From Raillietiella orientalis (lineage: Eukaryota), in NCBI GenBank assembly GCA_036172245.1, contig JAYWIR010000126.1, forward strand, positions 62,001-92,261: a stretch of 30,261 bases of DNA, given 5' to 3'. The notes under the pieces are model-generated. The model was given only the letters and a program-made list of their open reading frames with translations, was not told the origin of the DNA and ran no database searches. Within the stretch, counting starts at the first letter, position 1, and every line of letters starts with the position of its first letter. Position numbers and translations under genes: made by a program. Positions 24,606 to 30,261 of this stretch are shown in pieces.

Positions 24606-25923
24606 GTATCCGTGGGCCAGCCTTGGAGGGTTCTGGCTGCAACGAGGCTGCCAGCTGTTACGCGGCTCGCGAGAAGGCTACGTCATCGATGGTGGTGTCG
24701 ATGACGGAAGCCGCTGCCGGCTCGCTCCCCTCGCTGTTGACTGTGTGAACAGAGGGGAGGTCGTTTATAGCGGCGAGTTCTTTCCGGAAGCGTTCGGCAA
24801 CATCGAGAACGCGTTCGACAACGACGCTGCACTCTTTAATTATCGCTCTTCCCTGCTCATTCTTCTTCTGTTGGTAGGCGATTTTCTTTTCCATCCTCCT
24901 CTCCTTCTTTGATTTTTTGGCCGTTGTCACTTGCCACCCAGTCTCCTTGCCGGCTCCCTCAACTTTTTGGGCGTTGGTCGCCGGGGTCTCGGGTGCGGCC
25001 TGGTTCTTGGGCGCGGGTGGCACAGCCTTCGCGGCAGCTTTCGCTGCCAGCCTTTTCTGCAGAAGCCGGGCGCGTTTTTTAAGGTTTCTCTTGGAAACCA
25101 ACCGCACTGCTGCTTTTAAGCACACCTCGGTCGTCTGGCCCATTGTGCCGCATACTTTGCACTGCACATTGGGAAACCTCTTTTTGAGGTGGCCCGACGT
25201 ATTGCAGAAGCCACAGTATTTCGGCTTCCCCACATACCAGAGGTCGACGGTTTCGCCTTCGACCACCAGTTTGTGGGGAAGAGTGCAGCCATCCCGAACG
25301 GTCACGCGCGCAGCAGTGAGGCTGTGTTGCAGCCCCGTGTAGTCCTCGAAAGGACTAACTTTCGTCCACTGCGCGTGGACCGTTCCGTATTTCTCCAACG
25401 CGGCGCGAACCTGTTCCTTGCGCATCCGCGCGGTAACACTTAACAGGTGGACCACCATGCTGCGGTCCGCCGTAATAGGGAGAAGCCTGCGCGTCCCCAT
25501 CACCAAGGGGGTTTTAAGCCGTCGCTGGGCCAGCTCTGCTTGTTTGCAGATGACCTCAACGTACTGACTTCCGCTGCGGATGGTCATAGCTCTGAGCTCC
25601 TCCTCTTTCACATCGAGAGCGCGCATGCCCTTCGAGAAGGCGCGCGCGCTCTCTAAAGAATATAAATTGCCTACCTTGTAGAACAATTAGGGGTTGTACC
25701 CCTTTTCCACATAGGCCGACAATTCCGCCGCGGCTGCAGGCGATGGCGCCGACACAACGGCGCTCCACGCCCGCGCTGCAGCGGGGACCGATTCTGTGGG
25801 GGCGGATGCCCCCATCTCCATCGCCTCTGGGGGCGACGTTTCCGCCGCTTTCTGGCTCTCCATCGCCTCTGGGGGATGCGTTGCCGCTGCCCCCTGGCTA
25901 TCCCTGGTGGTCGCGTCAGGCAT
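24606..25923 (-). pseudogene. ORF1 of I, stops at 25687 and 24658, C-terminus deleted
   Basis: YKVGNL, WYVGKPKYCGFC, CKVCGTMG, GWQV, ECSVVVERV. Confidence 0.88.
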
Positions 25924-26016
25924 CGCCGCCTGATCGACCAGCGAACCACACGACGCTTGCACTGGGGGAGACTTCCTGGCACGAGGAGCACCGAGAAAAC
26001 ACGTCCGCCCTAGAGC

Positions 26017-27913
26017 GCACAAGGCGTTCGACTGTGTAGACCAGTAACTTTTCTTGGAGCTCCTGGGTCGCATGGGCTTCCCACCCTCCCTGATTTCCTA
26101 CCTGCGCTCTTTCTGTCGGAATGCGATGATTACCGTCTCTTTCAGTGGACAGAAGTTGTATGGCGTGCCGGTGCGGCAATGCATCAGGCAGGGCGATAGC
26201 GTCAGCCCACTGCTCTTCACCACCTACTTTGAGTTGGTGCTGAGAGCGTACAGGGTGACTTTGGCCCCCTCGCCGAGCTCGTGCCCCGGCACGCCCGCCG
26301 AAGCAGCGTACGCCGACGATCTTTTCCTTCTGTAGCCGATGTCCACCCCGGCGAAGGCCGTCAGGGAGTTCTTCGATCTGCTTAGCCGCGGGACCGGACT
26401 TGCGGTGAACAGGGCGAAGTCGACGGTGGTTCCAGTCGGTGCGGCGTGGGCTGAGCAGCAGGACGGTCCGCTTGGGGATCCCCACGGCAAGGTGCTTGAA
26501 GTACCTTAGTGTGCCGTTTGGGGACTGCTACCCAGCGGAAGCGTGGTCCGGTTGCCTCCAAAAAGTGGAAACGGCGAACAGCCCGTTCCTGAAAGACAAG
26601 TTTCTTCTTCCGGAACGGGCCGCGGTATGGAAGGCGTTCGCGGCTTCTATCCTCCGCCACTGCTTTTTGTTTGCCCCGTCCCCAGAGAGTTGAAAAAACG
26701 GACGAAGGACCTCCTGAGAATTGCATTTTGGGGAAGAGGGAGGCCTCGATTCCCGTTGAAGGACTTGTGTGCTCCACGTCGGGATGGCGGTCTCGGCCTC
26801 TTGACGATGGAGCAAGTAGAGATTCAGCTGCGGTGGCAAGCCCTCGCAATCGCAGCGAAGTTATGGAGCACCCCTTGGTGCCCTCCGGCCCGCCTCCTGG
26901 GCAACCGTGTGTCCCTGTGCGATGAAACTCGCGTCTTTTCTTCTGAGCCGTGGCCGGAAGATGCGAAGATGCGGCCTACTGCTCGGGCGCATGGCAACAT
27001 TGGCCAAGGAGAACAGTTGGATGGTTTGCTGCCCCGCCAACTCTCCGCCTGGCTGAAGGAGAATACTGGAACGTGGGCAGCGGTTAACCAGAGCAGCCAC
27101 GAAACATGGAATCGTCTCCGATGCAGCCCCTACGCGCGCTGCACGCTGCGGAATCTCCTGGAGAGTCCAGCAAGATGCACGTGGGCAGGGACGACCTGCC
27201 TAGCTACGGCGCTGCCCTTCCTGAGGAGGGCACTGCACAGCAGCTGGACGCCAAGGTGGCAAGTCTCCTGCTGCATCGAGGGACGCGAAAAGTTGATCAG
27301 CGGCTGGACAACAGAAGAACTGGCCGACGACACGACCCCGAGCGTCCAGCCGCGAGGACTAAGAAGATAAGGCGAGCTGCTGGCCATCCCTATGGATGTG
27401 CTGAAGTGGCCCCCGCTTCTTCAGGAATCCAGGATTCTGCCCCTTAAGTGGAAAGAGTCGGCGTTGCTGTTGTTGCATTGGGGTTCACCCTGCAACGTAC
27501 GCCGCTCTCACTGGAGAAGACGAGTTGTGGATCCTGCGTGTGTCAGTTGCGGAGAGCGGGAATCGCTCTCCCACCTTATTGTGGACTGTGCTGCCCTCCT
27601 TCCCCTTTGGGAACGGTTTGGGACGATCCTCGGGCTCCCTACGGGCAGTTCCCCTAGAGACGTTCTTCGGCCCCTCTTCGTGAAGTACGCCCTGCAGCCA
27701 GCCGCCGCCCTTGCAGCCTTGTGCTGCGTCCGAGACATCGAGGCGGCATGGAGCGACACCAACAAGGAAGCAGTGGGTCAACACGCGAGGGATGTCATCC
27801 CATATGCCCAACGCTTGTTGCGGAGAGCTGCTGGATGGCCTCAACTGGGGAATATACGGATGGACCTCGAGCGCTTTCTTCAACGGATGGGCCCTCCTCT
27901 CAGCGAACAGTGA
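26017..27913 (+). pseudogene. ORF2 RT-to-C-terminus fragment (inferred part 3 of B)
   Basis: HKAFDCVDQ, RQGDSVSP, YADD, KYLSVP, CVSCGERESLSHLIVDC; several stops and frameshifts. Confidence 0.92.
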
Positions 27914-27989
27914 TCCCTTCGCTGCCCCCCAACCTCATTTGTTTGTTTGCGTTTTTGTTCTTATTTTCGTTTTTCCCCATCCCCTTTCG

Positions 27990-28034
27990 CTGCCGGGGAG
28001 TGCCACGCCGGGCTGCGTCCCGGCGTCCCGGTAG
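27990..28034 (+). other. Conserved 3' UTR stem-loop with CTGCG(T/C) loop; homologues at 9777-9799, 10344-10361(-), 16241-16280 and 20544-20565
   Basis: Perfect 8-bp stem ACGCCGGG/CCCGGCGT around CTGCGT, nested in CTGCCGGG/CCCGGTAG; same loop with different paired stems in other copies. Confidence 0.75.
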
Positions 28035-28123
28035 GTCCCGTGCAAAAGGCCGTGAGCGGGGCCTGGTACCGCAATTGTAAAGTTTTTTATAAATAAACGC
28101 CGCGGGCGTACCCGGGTGGCAAA

Positions 28124-28140
28124 GCCGAATCCCCGCTGCG
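28124..28140 (+). repeat. Right TSD of B and left flank of B' (GCCGAATCCCCGCTGCG)
   Basis: Matches 1529-1545; a 17-nt island of antisense host ORF2 between a 3' tail and a 5' end. Confidence 0.8.
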
Positions 28141-28234
28141 GAGAGCGGACGTGCTTTTCCTGCGCTCCGCCTGCTTGGCAAAGCGAATGGTTTTTTTTCC
28201 TGAGTGATTTGTGCGTGCACATCGTCGGTGTCCG

Positions 28235-30113
28235 GTGGCAGCGTTGCCAGAGGACACCGCGATGAAAGTAAGCGTGATGGAGGCTTGTTCGTCCATACAG
28301 CCTACTGGATCAGGGGCATCCGCCCCGGAATCGTCCCCGGCGACACCGAGGTCATGGAGCGCCATGGTGGCCGTGCCCAGCGTGGAAGCCATGGCCGAGA
28401 TGGAAGCCTACAAGAAAGCGGGGTATAAACCCTCTCAAGTTTACAAGGTAGGCAACCTTTTCGATGGGCAAACTGCACGCGCCTTTACGAAGGCGCTGCA
28501 GAACGCCAATATTTTCGAAAAAGATCTCGACGGCCTCTGCGTACTCAGCGGCGGGCAGCGGGTCGAGGTGGTATGCAAGGATATCACCTTGGCCCGACAC
28601 CTGATCACCGACCCGCTGATCGTTGATGGTCGGAAGATCTTGCTTCTAAAGATGGAGCGCTCGGTGGTGGTCCACCTCACTGGGATCCCCAGTCGCATGA
28701 CAAGGTCAGCGGTTCGCGAACAGTTAGAAAAGCACGCAGAAGTGCACGCGTTGTGGCCGAACTCCACGATTTTCCTAGGCTACAATAGCCTTTTCGGAGT
28801 TCAAGCTGCGGAGCGTGTCACCGTAAAAGAGGGTGGTGCGCTTCCCCACAAGCTGGAGGTCTGCCAAGAAGCGGTGGACCTCTGGTACGTGGGGAAACCC
28901 CAATTTTGTGGCTACTGCAATGCAGTATGGCATCTACGAAAAAGGTGCCCGAACATTGTGTGCCACCTATGCGGCGAAAAGGGTCACGTTCGGCGCGTGT
29001 GCCCCAAGCGCCCCACCCCGGTGCCCCCTGCCGCCAAAAGGGCGCAGGGAAAACGTGGAAAGCTGGTAGAAAGACCAGCTCGCGAAAATGGCCGTTCCCA
29101 ACTGCCAGCCTCCCTTCCTCCCGTACAGACGTCGGAGGAAAGAGCTCCCGTGAACGCGGAAATGGAGGAGGGTTGGCAGCTGGTTCAGGCCAGAAAAGAA
29201 AAAAAAAAGTAATTAATGCCAGAAGAAAAGTCGTAGAAGAAAACTGCCGGCAACAAGAAAAAAGCCGCGCCGGTTTCAAAAAAAAAAGCAACTCCGCGAA
29301 TGCTCGGTGGCACTCGAACGCTTAGCCGTCCCTGCGGAGGCCGCCCGCGGCAATGTTCGCGGAACAGCTAATGCGGACGCGATGAATACTCGCGTGGACG
29401 AGCCCATTGCACGTTTAGATTGTGAGACGCGAGACTCGCGCGCCGACAGCCAGGACGCCGCGCTAGATAAAGTCGCGAAGGAGCCCGCGGCAACGTTCGC
29501 CGTCAGCGATGAAACCGCGCTCGATAAGGTCGCGGAGCAGTGCGCGGAAACGGTCGCCGCTGGCGAAGACGCGGACTTCGAGAAAGCGGCAGAGGAGCAC
29601 GCAGCAATGCTCGCCGAGCGCCGAACCCCGTCGCGCAAGGGCGTACGCAGTTCGGCTCCGACGAAGAAGACTCCCGCAGGTGAGTGCGCTTGGGGGGCCG
29701 GAAGCGGATCCTCCTCCTCGGAGGCAACCCCCAGGAAGTCGGGACGCAAGTCCCAGAAACCCAGGAGGAGCCTCCCCTCCACCAGCGAGGAGGAGAAACC
29801 GGAAGGAAGCGGCAGCGTGGGAATCCCGGAGGGGGAATACCCACGTCCGGAAGCCGTCGAGTCGGCCACCACCATGGAGGAGGGAGAGAAGGGGGGTGAA
29901 GTCCTCCCTGCAGTTGCGAAACCTGAGCAGCCCGAACCCATGGAGGAGGGCGAACAGATAGGCGCGACTCCACCTGCGGGTGATCCGGCCGACGCGCCGG
30001 CACCCATGGAGGAGGAGGAACAGGTGCCTTCAGTACCTGTCCCCCCTGCCCCTCCACCTAGCGTCCCGCCCCAGCAGGTGGGGGACGCCGCATCGCCGTT
30101 TTCCCAGGACTAA
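28235..30113 (+). pseudogene. ORF1 of B' (first codon GTG, frameshifts in A-runs at 29200-29290)
   Basis: ORFs 28211-29212 and 29307-30113; both CCHC knuckles present; the A-run shifts could be sequencing errors. Confidence 0.85.
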
Positions 30114-30261
30114 CACCTGGGCTCGCCAGTCGCCGTCGGATTCGCGCGGCCAGTTGGAACGTCAACGGGCTGCGCGACGACGGGAACAGGCGAGATACGG
30201 CCGACACCCTGCGTGAGCTCGACCTGGCGCTGCTGCAGGAGATCCACGTGATCACCGCGGC
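30113..30261 (+). pseudogene. Start of ORF2 of B' (APE), start codon reads ACA
   Basis: SWNVNGL and LLQEIH motifs. Confidence 0.88.

Larger units (their letters stand above)
22838..26011 (-). mobile_element. LINE copy I: 5' end intact, internal deletion at the ORF1/ORF2 boundary, 3' half lost in mid-RT
   Basis: Minus-strand 5' AGGGCGGACGTG at 26011; ORF1; APE to RT up to SLSPLLFSTYFQLILRA, then abrupt junction to ORF1 of H. Confidence 0.9.
1546..28123 (+). mobile_element. LINE copy B, fragmented: own sequence at 1546-3988, 9903-10236 and about 26017-28123; contains nested C, H, E, G and I
   Basis: 5' motif GAGAGCGGACGTG at 1546; ORF1 and APE interrupted at EDFN and resumed after C; RT to 3' end after 26017; flanking 17-bp TSD. 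Assigning 26017-28123 to B is inferred from the TSD and from 3' UTR similarity to sister element G. Confidence 0.8.
28141..30261 (+). mobile_element. LINE copy B', near-identical tandem copy of the 5' part of B; runs off the window end
   Basis: Colinear with 1546 to about 3670 at an offset of about 26595 bp with scattered substitutions. Confidence 0.95.

Noticed and set aside
27985..28075. HDV-like or hammerhead ribozyme in the 3' UTR
   Set aside because: Nested stems are visible but I could not identify the catalytic core or pseudoknot of either class; an Rfam search would settle it
1546..30261. B and B' direct repeat as the LTRs of a giant element
   Set aside because: The repeat is coding ORF1 and APE sequence, lacks TG..CA ends, PBS and PPT, and no integrase is present
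1..30261. RIP-like or methylation-driven hypermutation
   Set aside because: Sequence remains GC- and CpG-rich, and premature stops arise from mixed changes (TGG, CAG, GAA, AAA codons); not quantified
1..30261. CRISPR arrays, tRNA or rRNA genes, telomeric or satellite repeats
   Set aside because: No regularly spaced short repeats or RNA-gene signatures were seen; all sequence is accounted for by LINE parts

Overview
The whole 30.3 kb appears to be eukaryotic non-LTR retrotransposon (LINE) DNA; I find no host gene. At least eight copies of related L1/Tx1-clade-like elements are present. Each has an ORF1 with two CCHC zinc knuckles and an ORF2 with APE endonuclease, RT (YADD) and a C-terminal CxxC..H..C motif. 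All are degenerate, and they are nested in one another's ORF2. Reconstruction from termini and target-site duplications (TSDs): A (-, 1-1545) was invaded by B (+, 1546-28123, 17-bp TSD). B was invaded by C (+, 3989-9893, 9-bp TSD), H (-, 10237-22838) and I (-, 22838-26011). H was invaded by E (+, 10897-16388, 12-bp TSD) and the internally deleted G (+, 18663-20665, 11-bp TSD). A deletion fused I to H, and a near-identical copy B' follows B head-to-tail from 28141. Most interesting signals: (1) sister elements B and G sit antisense at the same homologous codon (LPxGFG, +/-1 nt) of two different host ORF2s, suggesting LINE-on-LINE site targeting; (2) a 3' UTR hairpin with an invariant CUGCG(U/C) loop and covarying stems in all five 3' ends, plus a terminal hairpin after AATAAA and almost no poly(A); (3) TAATG stop-start coupling preceded by a conserved pyrimidine-YAG; (4) a shared 5'-terminal GACGTG motif. 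The host organism cannot be identified from this window.
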